A stretch of DNA of 64,000 nt from assembly GCA_001002285.1 (NCBI GenBank), contig LCLX01000002.1, forward strand, positions 67,827 to 131,826, in the 5' to 3' direction. This DNA comes from Microgenomates group bacterium GW2011_GWC1_46_15. Lineage in GTDB: Bacteria; Patescibacteriota; Microgenomatia; UBA1400; UBA12028. The notes beneath the pieces are model-generated. The model ran no database searches and was not told the origin of the DNA. It saw only the letters and a list, made by a program, of their open reading frames with translations. Below are positions 1 to 9,427 of this stretch, piece by piece (position 1 is the stretch's first letter; every line of letters begins with the position of its first letter). The position numbers and the translations under genes were made by a program.

Positions 1-558
1 CGTCCTGATATCAATAACGGGCGCGACTGTCCCCAAACCTTCCAAAAATCCATTGAGTTTCTCTGCCGTTCCAAGCGTACGCATCTCCAACTCAACACTT
101 TGTAATACGTCGTTTGTTTGCGATGTACTTTTACCCGTTGTTTGTTGATCCGCTGTAGCCGTTGGTTCTGCCTCTCGGCTGGAAATGGGGCCGGGGTTAA
201 TATCTAGACCGGAAAATACTACACCTTTATCGCTTGAGAGTTGCTCCAAAGCGGACAATAAAGTCAAAAATGGTTTCGATGTGGGCAAAATACGCGCAAC
301 GCGGACGTCTTGCTGTTTAAATCCTTCCTCTTGAAACGCGCGTAAAAAGTTTGCTTTGTTTTGCAGTTTTGTAAGAATATCGATTTTATCATCCAACACT
401 TGTTTCGCACTCATCATATCCTGTATGCGTGGAATGAGTACCGCAAACGTGAGTGTAAACATGACAACCCAAGAAAGCGCCGACGCAATAAGGTAACGCC
501 GCTCGCGCACGATCTGCATCAGCGATTTACTTGTCAAAAATGAGCCTTGTACGTCCAT
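1..558 (-). CDS. PilO-like type IV pilus inner-membrane assembly protein, 3' part cut by the window edge
   Basis: Manual reverse translation from ATG at 558..556 gives MDVQGSFLTSKSLMQIVRERRYLIASALSWVVMFTLTFAVLIP, one N-terminal TM helix followed by a coiled region. It lies directly downstream of the pilM and pilN-like genes. This ORF is not in the supplied track. Confidence 0.4.
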   Translation of the reverse strand, partial: MDVQGSFLTSKSLMQIVRERRYLIASALSWVVMFTLTFAVLIPRIQDMMSAKQVLDDKIDILTKLQNKANFLRAFQEEGFKQQDVRVARILPTSKPFLTLLSALEQLSSDKGVVFSGLDINPGPISSREAEPTATADQQTTGKSTSQTNDVLQSVELEMRTLGTAEKLNGFLEGLGTVAPVIDIRT

Positions 559-578
559 ACTTTCCTTCTATAACGCGT

Positions 579-1247
579 TTAATAAAAGCTCGCGAACGCG
601 AGCGATCCCGATATGACATACCGTCCATTTGGTTTTCTATCTAACGCATCAGCCTTCATTTCATATCCCTGCGCTGTAACATCTGAGGAGTACATTGCTT
701 TTAAAAGGGCAAGCACGTGGAACACGTCTGGCGTTTCTATCTGGAATACCAACGCACCTTTTTGCTCATCCACTTTTGCTTCAATCAGCACGTCTTCTTT
801 GGGCACGAATGAGTAAAAAAACGACGTTGTGCGCTGTTTGAGTTGGCGTTTTTGATCAAACGCGTACAGCAACTTAATTTTCCGCACAAAAATAACGTAC
901 TCTTTTTCAAACGCAGCCATCGAGCGCACATCGTTTGTGATTGCGGTCGTTCTTGCCTCAACGTTCTTTTGTTTTGACGTGAAGTAAAAAGAAATACCAA
1001 TCACGGTAAACAGAATAAAAAGGAACAAGCCAAATCCATACGAAGTGTACTTCGCAATAGTTTGATCTTTCTGTGTCACCGTACTCATGATGCGGCGCTG
1101 TGAACGCAAAAAGTTTACATCCATGTTCGTAGCGGGGTTTGTGGCAGGTTTTATAATAGGCGTTGCGGTGGGATTCGTATCTTGCGGTGATGCAGTAGGC
1201 AACGGGATCTGCTGTAGAGTTTTGGTTGGGGCAGGAGTTTCTGGCAT
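579..1247 (-). CDS. PilN-like pilus assembly protein (bitopic membrane protein)
   Basis: 222 aa with a single TM segment (FGLFLFILFTVIGISFYF). It lies immediately downstream of pilM, and its start overlaps the pilM stop. Confidence 0.5.
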   Translation of the reverse strand: MPETPAPTKTLQQIPLPTASPQDTNPTATPIIKPATNPATNMDVNFLRSQRRIMSTVTQKDQTIAKYTSYGFGLFLFILFTVIGISFYFTSKQKNVEARTTAITNDVRSMAAFEKEYVIFVRKIKLLYAFDQKRQLKQRTTSFFYSFVPKEDVLIEAKVDEQKGALVFQIETPDVFHVLALLKAMYSSDVTAQGYEMKADALDRKPNGRYVISGSLAFASFY

Positions 1248-2275
1248 TACGACATCCCTCCCGCTGCCAAACTTACCGCAATGCTGTACGACGGAATATC
1301 AAGTTCTGCAATTTTCATACCTTGCGCAAGCGGAACATACGCAAACGGATTTAGCAACGTTACTTCGGCCGGAATTGCTTGGGCAACGGTTGGGATAAGA
1401 TTAGAAAGACTCGCTGATCCACCGGCAAACATAATGCGCTTAATCACTGCCCCCTGGTGTGAACCAGCAAAGTACTGCATCGCTTTCTGTATTTCAACTA
1501 ATGATGCTTGAAATACAGGGGCAAGCGCCTGCGCGACTTTTCCTTCGAGCTGCGCGGGATCAAGTCCATAGGTTCGTTTGTATGACTCGGACTGCGCTGC
1601 GTCCAAACCAAGTGTCCGCTCCACCGCCCGGCTTAACACCGTGCCAGCGTTGGGTGAACTATATACAAAAGCAAGTTCTTTGTTGTGCACCGTTAACATA
1701 TCCATGGAAGATGCTCCAAAGAGCACAACAAGCGTTGTTGTGTTAACGGTATCCATCGACATAAGTCTGTAGAGCGCGAGCATCTGCGTTTCCATTGATG
1801 TCACTTCAAGTTGGGCATCCGCGTACATACTTGAAAATGCTGCAACCGTTTTTTTTGATGTTCCAAGCAACAACACGCGCATGAGTTCCGACACATGTTG
1901 TTTTGGCGGACGGTACAATACCTGGTACTCTAACTGCAAATCCTCGGCTGGAATTGGAATATACTGCTCGGCTTGCCATCCAATTGCCGATGCAAGTTCC
2001 GCATCAGAAAGAGAGGGAATACTGATAATTTTTGTTGAAACAAGTGACTCTGGCAGTCCAATTCTGATATTTTGTGATGGAAATTTATACTCTTTAAACA
2101 CCTGCTTCAGTGTTGAAATAAGCGCATCGCGATCCTTTTGCTGGGCAGGGATGACGGTTCCAACGGGGTTCGGCATACTTACCGCTTTCACCACCTGAAG
2201 GCTCGAACCAATATGCTGAACTTCCGCACACTTGATGGCGTATGTTCCAAGATCAACTCCGATTGCACTTTTCAT
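1247..2275 (-). CDS. pilM: Type IV pilus assembly ATPase-like protein PilM (actin/FtsA fold)
   Basis: N-terminus MKSAIGVDLGTYAIKCAEV is typical of the PilM/FtsA actin-like family. 342 aa, located in the pilus cluster. Confidence 0.8.
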   Translation of the reverse strand: MKSAIGVDLGTYAIKCAEVQHIGSSLQVVKAVSMPNPVGTVIPAQQKDRDALISTLKQVFKEYKFPSQNIRIGLPESLVSTKIISIPSLSDAELASAIGWQAEQYIPIPAEDLQLEYQVLYRPPKQHVSELMRVLLLGTSKKTVAAFSSMYADAQLEVTSMETQMLALYRLMSMDTVNTTTLVVLFGASSMDMLTVHNKELAFVYSSPNAGTVLSRAVERTLGLDAAQSESYKRTYGLDPAQLEGKVAQALAPVFQASLVEIQKAMQYFAGSHQGAVIKRIMFAGGSASLSNLIPTVAQAIPAEVTLLNPFAYVPLAQGMKIAELDIPSYSIAVSLAAGGMS

Positions 2276-2314
2276 GGGCAGTTCCTTTTTTTACTCCACA
2301 CTTTTTTCCTCGTC

Positions 2315-3124
2315 CTACTTCACAATCGTTCCCCCTGAGTACAACACAAAATCTAAAACAGAGGGATTTGCTGGAATGGTCCGTGAAAGTTGAATTACCT
2401 TTGTTTCATTTCCCACCGTATTTCTTGCAGTTGATTGAATAGAGTAGTACTGCGTTGGAAGTGTCCATCCTCCGCCTTGTACGGCAATTGCGGCATCGTT
2501 ATACAGTGGATGAATGTTTACAATTTTATCGTTTGTTTGCAATGCCAGTGAAACGGTATATCCATTCGTTGCGTCACCACTGACGCCGGTTGTAGAAAAG
2601 CCGTCGGTGTACGAACACGCCGCATACCGCAGATTTCTTGCTGTTGTTGTCCCGCCATTGACGTTATACACACGGATTGCGAGAGAAGGAGCATTTTTCG
2701 ATTTATCCGAATCGGTACACCCCAATCCTTTTCCCCAAAGAATAGTAATTGAGTTTCCATTGACCGCGCCCGTCACATCAATCTGCGCGACACCTCCTTC
2801 ATCTACGCGTGTTTCCAGTGTGTCCTTTTTTTCGATGCTGTACGAAACATCAGACCCTTCAAGTGATAGTGTGTTGGAGTACGTCGTTTGACCACCGGGA
2901 AAAAGTGTTGAAAAATCCTGCGATAATGCGTCTTCAATACCACTTTCCGCAGCCTGGAACGTTCGGCCCCCTTCTTGTTCTTGGCGGGAAAGCGACACAT
3001 CCATAACCGTCCGGGAAGTAAGCGAAGCGCCAAGCGTAAGTCCCACCGTCATGATGAGAAGAACGATAAGCGCAACTTGTCCGCGTTGATGTTCAAACTT
3101 GTGTTCGCGTGTTTTTTGCATCAC
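2315..3124 (-). CDS. PilX/GspK-like pilus-associated protein
   Basis: N-terminal basic segment followed by hydrophobic helix GQVALIVLLIMTVGLTLGASL, as in the PilX N-terminal domain. Located among minor pilins. Confidence 0.45.
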   Translation of the reverse strand: MMQKTREHKFEHQRGQVALIVLLIMTVGLTLGASLTSRTVMDVSLSRQEQEGGRTFQAAESGIEDALSQDFSTLFPGGQTTYSNTLSLEGSDVSYSIEKKDTLETRVDEGGVAQIDVTGAVNGNSITILWGKGLGCTDSDKSKNAPSLAIRVYNVNGGTTTARNLRYAACSYTDGFSTTGVSGDATNGYTVSLALQTNDKIVNIHPLYNDAAIAVQGGGWTLPTQYYSIQSTARNTVGNETKVIQLSRTIPANPSVLDFVLYSGGTIVK

Positions 3125-3204
3125 AAAACCTCGAGATATATAGCCGCAGATTCATTGTATCGGGAATTCAAACGCTTTGCAAAACACGCTTCCAATTTTT
3201 ACCG

Positions 3205-3702
3205 CTAGTAGCTCCTCAACCCTGCGCTTCCTGTAAAAACCTGTGTCACAACATCGCGCGCTTTGTCCACTGCGGGATCACCTTTGCGTAGGGTAAATGT
3301 TATTGAAACAAGTGAGACCTGCCCCGCGTCATCGTTTGTACACGTAAATGTTGGACCGCTGGTCACGGTAAGATCCTGGCTTGTGAGGTATACACCGCTA
3401 TTTGACGCAATTTTACTGTTCTCAACAAAAAACTGCGTTGTTTTGGTGTCACGGTTGCGTACAACGAGTGATGAAGCGGTACACGAATCAACGCCCGCGC
3501 CACTGCGGATCATTGTCAACATTTGTGAAAGCGCGTAGTCGCCCTGTTGTTTAACAATAATGCCAGAAGACGTTTTATCTTGTCCAACAAACAACGTAAA
3601 AAACAGGCCCGTAGCAGTGAGAAGGAGAAAACCAAAAATCGTAATCACTACAAGAAGTTCGATTAACGTAAATCCAGAACGCGTAAAAGAAGTAACCCGC
3701 AT
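3205..3702 (-). CDS. Minor pilin / pseudopilin (type IV prepilin-like)
   Basis: N-terminus MRVTSFTRSGFTLIELLVVITIFGFLL. This is the class III signal: a G-F-T-L-I-E prepilin peptidase site followed by a hydrophobic helix. Confidence 0.6.
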   Translation of the reverse strand: MRVTSFTRSGFTLIELLVVITIFGFLLLTATGLFFTLFVGQDKTSSGIIVKQQGDYALSQMLTMIRSGAGVDSCTASSLVVRNRDTKTTQFFVENSKIASNSGVYLTSQDLTVTSGPTFTCTNDDAGQVSLVSITFTLRKGDPAVDKARDVVTQVFTGSAGLRSY

Positions 3703-3714
3703 ATTTTCAGCATC

Positions 3715-4197
3715 TCATTCCTGATCGGTGAGTACAAGCGTTGCTTGCACTTGGAATGTTTTCTCACCATCTTCCCAAGATGTTGTGGAAATTGCTGTTG
3801 CAGTTTGTGGAGCAGATGCGGAAAGCGTGATCTGTACAGAGCGTGTAAATATTGTGCCCGTGATAACCGTCGCACATGACGATGAGCTTAAATTTTCAAA
3901 CGCCGCGGTTGTTGCAGGAAGAGTATCTAAACAATACGTGGGCGCAACGGGATTATCCGCCTGTAAATCAGCAAAAAATGTTTCCCATCCTACTGTGTCC
4001 CGCATTTTGCGTAGCCACTCAAGCGACTCTTGTGTATATGCCGTAGCTTGATGCTGAGCTGTGCTGTATCGCTGATTGCGAACTACCATGACTGAACTTG
4101 CAACAATCGCCACCAACGCAATCGAGATCACCGCAATTGCGATAATAACCTCGATTAAGGTCGAGCCCCGCTTAGAATGATGTAATGCCTGTTTCAT
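3715..4197 (-). CDS. Minor pilin, PilV/GspI-like
   Basis: An internal start gives MKQALHHSKRGSTLIEVIIAIAVISIALV, a prepilin leader with conserved Glu5. The longer track ORF (to 4254) overlaps its neighbour. Confidence 0.55.
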   Translation of the reverse strand: MKQALHHSKRGSTLIEVIIAIAVISIALVAIVASSVMVVRNQRYSTAQHQATAYTQESLEWLRKMRDTVGWETFFADLQADNPVAPTYCLDTLPATTAAFENLSSSSCATVITGTIFTRSVQITLSASAPQTATAISTTSWEDGEKTFQVQATLVLTDQE

Positions 4198-4726
4198 AGA
4201 CAACTCCACTGGCGGAAACTGAAATTGTGTACCGGTATCCTCCAGATACGACATTGTTTTGTACCGCTACGTTTGTTCCTGCTGCAGCCGCACCCACAAC
4301 CCCACTCGACAGTACAGGGAACAAAAAATTAAATGATTGCTGAATGACCACGCCCATTGCCAATGTGATTGTTGAAACCGTTCCTGCATCCGCGCCATCA
4401 CACACAACACGCAAGTCATATGTGGAAGCGTTAGCGGTGCCAATCACTCTGTATCCATCCAATTGGGTGCATCCCGCGGTTGGTTTGTCCCCAACACGTG
4501 CCCGTGTTTGCGCAGTCCGCAGGGTTGATGCCAAAATTTTTCCATCCTGAATCACGATTTGGCGCGTGTTGTACTTGTTGTATCCTGCAATACTCCCACC
4601 AACAAGCAGGCTCATCACGGAGATTGCGATGAGCATCTCGATCAAAGTAAAACCGTTTGCGTTAGATAGTGCGCTCGATATTTTTTCAGATACGCGATGA
4701 AAGAAAGATAAAAGGGCAGGGGTCAT
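4172..4726 (-). CDS. Minor pilin (prepilin-like)
   Basis: Contains ..SNANGFTLIEMLIAISVMSLLVGG, a prepilin cleavage motif plus a hydrophobic helix. Confidence 0.55.
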   Translation of the reverse strand: MTPALLSFFHRVSEKISSALSNANGFTLIEMLIAISVMSLLVGGSIAGYNKYNTRQIVIQDGKILASTLRTAQTRARVGDKPTAGCTQLDGYRVIGTANASTYDLRVVCDGADAGTVSTITLAMGVVIQQSFNFLFPVLSSGVVGAAAAGTNVAVQNNVVSGGYRYTISVSASGVVYETGITSF

Positions 4727-4729
4727 ACA

Positions 4730-5158
4730 TTATGGGTTATTTAAGCAGTACGATGCTGGTGTTCCAGTTCCTTCCAGTGTGGCACAAATCTGGTACGTTT
4801 TCCCGCTGTCAGACGTTGTGTACACATAGGTATACGGCGCCTGATTTTTTGGATCGGTCAAGGTGGGAGAACTCAAGTAGCCATTTGTGTTGAGTGTTGT
4901 GACGACCGCATCCCATGGGCTTGCCGAAGACGTGTAGTATGTCCCGCCAGATACTGCGCTGTCCGACCGGTAGAGTTCTAACGCCGAGCGCATCTGTTCG
5001 AGATCACCTTTGCGCTTGCCATCACGCGCGCGCCGGTTGGCCGAAGCGTAGCTCACCATGCCAACCGCTGCCAACACCGCCAAAATGGTTGCGGCAACGA
5101 GCAACTCAATCATGGTGAATCCAAGACGCGACATAAACGATGAATGTTTTTTTTGCAT
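4730..5158 (-). CDS. GspG/PilA-like pilin
   Basis: MQKKHSSFMSRLGFTMIELLVAATILAVLAAVGMVSYASANRRARDGKRKGDLEQMRSALELY matches the GspG-like arrangement (TM helix then basic KARD..GDL motif). Confidence 0.7.
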   Translation of the reverse strand: MQKKHSSFMSRLGFTMIELLVAATILAVLAAVGMVSYASANRRARDGKRKGDLEQMRSALELYRSDSAVSGGTYYTSSASPWDAVVTTLNTNGYLSSPTLTDPKNQAPYTYVYTTSDSGKTYQICATLEGTGTPASYCLNNP

Positions 5159-5162
5159 ACTC

Positions 5163-5642
5163 TTACTGTTGATTCTTCACACAAAAATACGGGTACGCGC
5201 CATTTCCATCTGCCACGCCAAGCCCGCTACACGTTGCGTCTGCCGCAGTACCGCTGTTTCCTGTACCCGACTCCAACTTCGAACAAAAACAAAATGTTGC
5301 AGCATCACATGACGTTGTGTACACCTGGCCGCTTGACGTTGAGTTCTGTGGGTCTGTTGGCCACCCACCTGGTGCGTATGTGGTGATCGATGAAGATGAA
5401 CAATTGGGTGGGTATGCTGAGTTATTTACTGGATCCGCATAGTACTGCTCATATGCCGCTTGTATCGCGCGCATATCACCGCGCCGCCGGGCATCGCGGG
5501 CTTTTTTCTGCGCGGTACTATAACTCACCGCGCTCAAGCCAACCAAGATTGCAATAATAGAAATAACAACAAGCAGTTCAAGAAGAGAAAATCCTTTTTT
5601 TGACGCGTCCGTGAGTCTGCGTACCATGGAGAGTCTTTTCAT
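5163..5642 (-). CDS. GspG/PilA-like pilin (tandem paralog)
   Basis: KKGFSLLELLVVISIIAILVGLSAVSYSTAQKKARDARRRGDMRAIQAAYEQYY. The C-terminal domain carries 4 Cys. Confidence 0.7.
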   Translation of the reverse strand: MKRLSMVRRLTDASKKGFSLLELLVVISIIAILVGLSAVSYSTAQKKARDARRRGDMRAIQAAYEQYYADPVNNSAYPPNCSSSSITTYAPGGWPTDPQNSTSSGQVYTTSCDAATFCFCSKLESGTGNSGTAADATCSGLGVADGNGAYPYFCVKNQQ

Positions 5643-5699
5643 GTTTTAAGTATGACTTGATCAACAATGGGTGTCAATAAAAATATGTGTACAGGCGCG

Positions 5700-6623
5700 T
5701 TACTGCACAATAACCGTTATTTGTGTTCCACGGGATGTGGGTGATGATATGCCGCGGTCGTCAGTTGCATTCAAGACAGCGCGGAATGTACACGAGCTCC
5801 CGGCACACGTATATTCATGTGTGAACGTTCCCTGGAGTTCTGCTGACGTCTCTTGTTTTCCATCACCAAAATCAATCTGGACTTCTCCAGGCTTGCCTGT
5901 AGAAAGACCGATCGCATAGGAAAAAGTTACAACGCGGGCGGACTGCGGGACAACAACCGTTTGCGTGGCTGGATCGGAGGGGGGATCGGTACGGAATGCG
6001 AGAACGGTCGGCCGGTCAGAACACTGGGCAAAACAGGAAGTTGGGCAGTCAATGGCACGCGTTCCGGGGCTGCTGCCGGAAGGTACTCCGGTAATGCTAT
6101 CGCAACATGTGTAGCCCCAACCAGAACACGAGGTGGCGGGGGATTGTGAAGTGAGTGCTGTCGAGGAAGAACTCGTTGTTTGGCGTGTGTACTCAACGGC
6201 AAATGTGTGTTTGCGTCCAAAAATATCGATCTGAAAATTTCCTTTATATGAAGTTTCTGTGGATAAAAACACACCAGAACTTCCCGGAACTTTGGTTGCA
6301 AACTGGGGAAGCGTGCGGGACCGAATCAGGAGGGGGTCGCGGTCGTGGAATGAACAAATTGCTTCTACGTTGTACGTTGTGCTATCAATAAACCGTAGTT
6401 GTATTCCCGCGAGTGAACTCGAACCAGTAACGTCAGTAAACTTTTGCAAACACTGCTCTCTATATGTGTTGCTTTCTTTCACGAGAAGCTTGATAAACGA
6501 AAGATCCTGCTCAACAGCAAACACCGTGTACACAAGTATGGCCTCACGGAACAAAAGAAAAAGCGCGATACTTCCGAGTACTGCACCGATAATATATTTG
6601 AAGAAAAGGACAAGTGTTCTCAT
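5700..6623 (-). CDS. Membrane-anchored Cys-rich protein with a PKD-like C-terminal motif, embedded in the pilus locus
   Basis: N-terminal TM (IIGAVLGSIALFLLF). Ser/Thr-rich linker. Cys cluster CSGWGYTCCD..CPTSCFAQC. The C-terminal GTFTHEYTCAGSSCTFRAVLNATDDRG resembles the PKD consensus. Confidence 0.4.
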   Translation of the reverse strand: MRTLVLFFKYIIGAVLGSIALFLLFREAILVYTVFAVEQDLSFIKLLVKESNTYREQCLQKFTDVTGSSSLAGIQLRFIDSTTYNVEAICSFHDRDPLLIRSRTLPQFATKVPGSSGVFLSTETSYKGNFQIDIFGRKHTFAVEYTRQTTSSSSTALTSQSPATSCSGWGYTCCDSITGVPSGSSPGTRAIDCPTSCFAQCSDRPTVLAFRTDPPSDPATQTVVVPQSARVVTFSYAIGLSTGKPGEVQIDFGDGKQETSAELQGTFTHEYTCAGSSCTFRAVLNATDDRGISSPTSRGTQITVIVQ

Positions 6624-6627
6624 TGTG

Positions 6628-7431
6628 TTACGTCAGTAAAGACACATACCATTGTACAATGTGGTCGCTGAATAACAACGCGAGTACACCGCCTAAAACA
6701 AGAAACGGACCGAATGGAATGGTTTGACCGAATTTTTTCTTTCCCCCAGCAATGAGGAGAAGACCGGTGACTGCGCCAAGAATATCCGCCAAAAACACCG
6801 CAACAAGAATGGCTGGCCACCCCACAATCAATCCAAGCGGAAGCACAAACTTCACATCACCAAGCCCCAGACCACGTTTTTTCGTGATCCACCATAAAAA
6901 GAGAAAAAACACCGTCATTGCCATAGCCGCGAGAAGTGAAAACAGCAAATCAATCGGACGCATGATGCTCATACCCGTAAGTGCCAATCGGTATGCAATT
7001 CCTAGCGCAGTCAAGCCATATACTGCGCCGTTTGGAATAATGCCGTAGAGAAAATCGGCAAAAAACACCACAAGAAAACCGATACCGACGAGGAGCCAGA
7101 AAGCGGGCTGAAGAATGGTGAACGGTTGAGTAGAGAGTTTGAACACCGCCGCGCCGATGACATACCACCACACGAATAACGCCCCCGTCATTCCTTCAAT
7201 AACAGGATAACTCCATGAAATTTGCTTCCCACAGTTCCGGCACCGTCCTCGTAACAGGAAAAATGAAATGAGCGGAATGTTGTCATACCACCGGATTGTT
7301 TTGCGGCACTTGGGGCATTTTGACCGGCCATAAATAAACGAGTCTCCATGAACCGACCGATCAATGATCACGCCAAGAAAACTTCCAATGATGAGTCCGA
7401 ATAAAAAAAGAAAGAGAGAGAACGAAAGCAT
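6628..7431 (-). CDS. pilD: Prepilin peptidase PilD (A24 family)
   Basis: Zn-binding tetracysteine CPKCRK...CRNCGK, multi-TM body and the conserved GLGDVKF motif. Confidence 0.85.
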   Translation of the reverse strand: MLSFSLFLFLFGLIIGSFLGVIIDRSVHGDSFIYGRSKCPKCRKTIRWYDNIPLISFFLLRGRCRNCGKQISWSYPVIEGMTGALFVWWYVIGAAVFKLSTQPFTILQPAFWLLVGIGFLVVFFADFLYGIIPNGAVYGLTALGIAYRLALTGMSIMRPIDLLFSLLAAMAMTVFFLFLWWITKKRGLGLGDVKFVLPLGLIVGWPAILVAVFLADILGAVTGLLLIAGGKKKFGQTIPFGPFLVLGGVLALLFSDHIVQWYVSLLT

Positions 7432-7481
7432 ACCGCTAGTTTACCTGAAGATGACGCATATGACCAGTGTCGAGAAGAAAA

Positions 7482-8177
7482 TTACGGGAGACAGATGAGC
7501 TCGTTCTTTAATGCGCTCTGGGTGTAGGTTGCTGTACCAATTGTCCCTGTTCCCGGACATGCGGCAACTGCCACAGTGCTCGCCGCGCCGCCCCATCCTG
7601 TCACAATATTTGCATCCTTACACGCATTCACTGCTTCGGATTGAAACGCTTTTGCCGAAGGTTTGAAACATCCAAACATCGTTGCATCGGTGCCAATACC
7701 CTTGTACACATACACTGCATACGTTGTTTGTGCCTTCACTCTGTTTGTAAACGCTGCCTTAACTTCGGATGTCCCCGTCAAAGCATCCATCCACGCTCCG
7801 CCAGTCGAGTCGAGTTTACACATCCCTATGCCTGGAGCAGTTCCATTTGCTGTACACACTGACGTAAAACTCGCGTCCGTTGGAAACTCCGTCGCCGGAT
7901 CTGCTGTTGTGGTTGTAAACGTGCCACACGTTGCACCAGTTCCACACGCATACGTTGAATCATTCCACGGATATTTTTCTTGTGTCGCAAAAAAGCGATC
8001 CACCGCGTTAATTAGTTGCGCGGCGTCGGAACGTGTCCGCGTGTCACGGCCTTTGTTAATTTGTTCAATGGGGTTAATTGAGGAGAGGACCGCAACCGCA
8101 AGGACACCGATGACGGCAATTACAACAAGCAACTCGATCATCGTGAAACCGGCCTGGGCAAACAGTCTTTTCAACAT
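7482..8177 (-). CDS. Type IV pilin, candidate major pilin (PilA-like)
   Basis: MLKRLFAQAGFTMIELLVVIAVIGVLAVAVL prepilin signal. Sits between pilC and pilD. The C-terminal domain has several Cys pairs. Start taken at the internal Met. Confidence 0.6.
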   Translation of the reverse strand: MLKRLFAQAGFTMIELLVVIAVIGVLAVAVLSSINPIEQINKGRDTRTRSDAAQLINAVDRFFATQEKYPWNDSTYACGTGATCGTFTTTTADPATEFPTDASFTSVCTANGTAPGIGMCKLDSTGGAWMDALTGTSEVKAAFTNRVKAQTTYAVYVYKGIGTDATMFGCFKPSAKAFQSEAVNACKDANIVTGWGGAASTVAVAACPGTGTIGTATYTQSALKNELICLP

Positions 8178-8196
8178 ATAGTTTACTGTACACACC

Positions 8197-9399
8197 TTAG
8201 AACTGGCTTGTCAAGTTATAAATCGGCATCACGATTGCGATCATTAAAAAACCAACACCAATTCCAAGAAACACCATAATGAGTGGTTCAAGCGCGGTGG
8301 ATAAATTTTTGACTGCCTGCTCACTTTCAGTTTCAAAATAACTGGACACTTTTAACAACACTTCATCCAGTTTTCCCGTTTCCTCACCAACCGATGCCAT
8401 TTGACTCACAAGCGGAGGAAACAACTCGCGCCGTGATAGTGCTTCTGCGAACGACACACCTTTTTCCACATCGCCCGCAACATCTTTAAGCGCTAGCCGG
8501 TACATTGCATTGTCCAACGACTCTCCAACAATCTGTAACGTTGAAAGGAGAGAAACACCAGCGCCAAGCAATAATGAGACTGTACGCGTAAAATCGGCCA
8601 TCATCACTTTCACTTTGAGTGTTCCAAATACCGGAACTTTGAGAATCCACCCATCAATCATCTGCTCACCGTATGGCGTTTTTTTCCACCGCTTTAATCC
8701 ATATATTGTTCCGCCAATCGTCAATACCATGCCGTACCAATACTTTGTAAAAAAGTTCGACATCGAGATCAGCGCTTTTGTCACACCGGGAAGTTCTGCT
8801 CCAAAATCTTGATACATCGCGGTTAACTTTGGAATTACAAACACCATCATGACGATCGTAACCGCCACCATCGCCGTTATGACAATCACGGGGTACACAA
8901 GGGCACCCTTGGTTTTTGACGCGAACTCGCTCTGTTTTTCCAAGCTATCGGCAAGCCGTTTCAAAATTTGATCCAACACACCGGCCGCCTCACCAGACCG
9001 GACAAGCGCAATATATACTTTAGAAAAAAGGTTCGACTGTTTTTTAAGCGCATCAGCAAACGAAGAGCCTCCTTCAACGTCACGTCGCAACGCAGAAATC
9101 ACTTTTTGCATCACAAGACGGCTTTGCTGTTCCAGAATCGCAAACGCTTCTGTTAACGTGAGTCCCGCCGTCACCATGGTGGACAGTTGGCGGGTAAATC
9201 CCACAATATCTTTTGGCGTAACATGATCGAGCGCGGTTTGCAGGCTTTTAAACAACGCGCCCGAGGCTTCTTCAACGCTGATAATGAAAAATCCTTTTTC
9301 TTTGAGGAGCGCGGCGGCCTGCGCGCCATTTTGCGCCTCAACTTTTCCTTTTGCGGTTTCCCCTGATTGAAGTTTCACTTTATACGTGAATATTGGCAT
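8197..9399 (-). CDS. pilC: Type IV pilus platform protein PilC (GspF family)
   Basis: 400 aa with two GspF repeats and three TM regions. Lies downstream of pilT and pilB. Confidence 0.85.
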   Translation of the reverse strand: MPIFTYKVKLQSGETAKGKVEAQNGAQAAALLKEKGFFIISVEEASGALFKSLQTALDHVTPKDIVGFTRQLSTMVTAGLTLTEAFAILEQQSRLVMQKVISALRRDVEGGSSFADALKKQSNLFSKVYIALVRSGEAAGVLDQILKRLADSLEKQSEFASKTKGALVYPVIVITAMVAVTIVMMVFVIPKLTAMYQDFGAELPGVTKALISMSNFFTKYWYGMVLTIGGTIYGLKRWKKTPYGEQMIDGWILKVPVFGTLKVKVMMADFTRTVSLLLGAGVSLLSTLQIVGESLDNAMYRLALKDVAGDVEKGVSFAEALSRRELFPPLVSQMASVGEETGKLDEVLLKVSSYFETESEQAVKNLSTALEPLIMVFLGIGVGFLMIAIVMPIYNLTSQF

Positions 9400-9427
9400 A
9401 AGAAAGTATCCCGCTGGTTTACCCGAT

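Noticed and set aside
361-543. Plus-strand 60-aa ORF at the window start
   Set aside because: It lies antisense within the pilO-like gene, whose frame is supported by operon context and TM/coiled-coil features.
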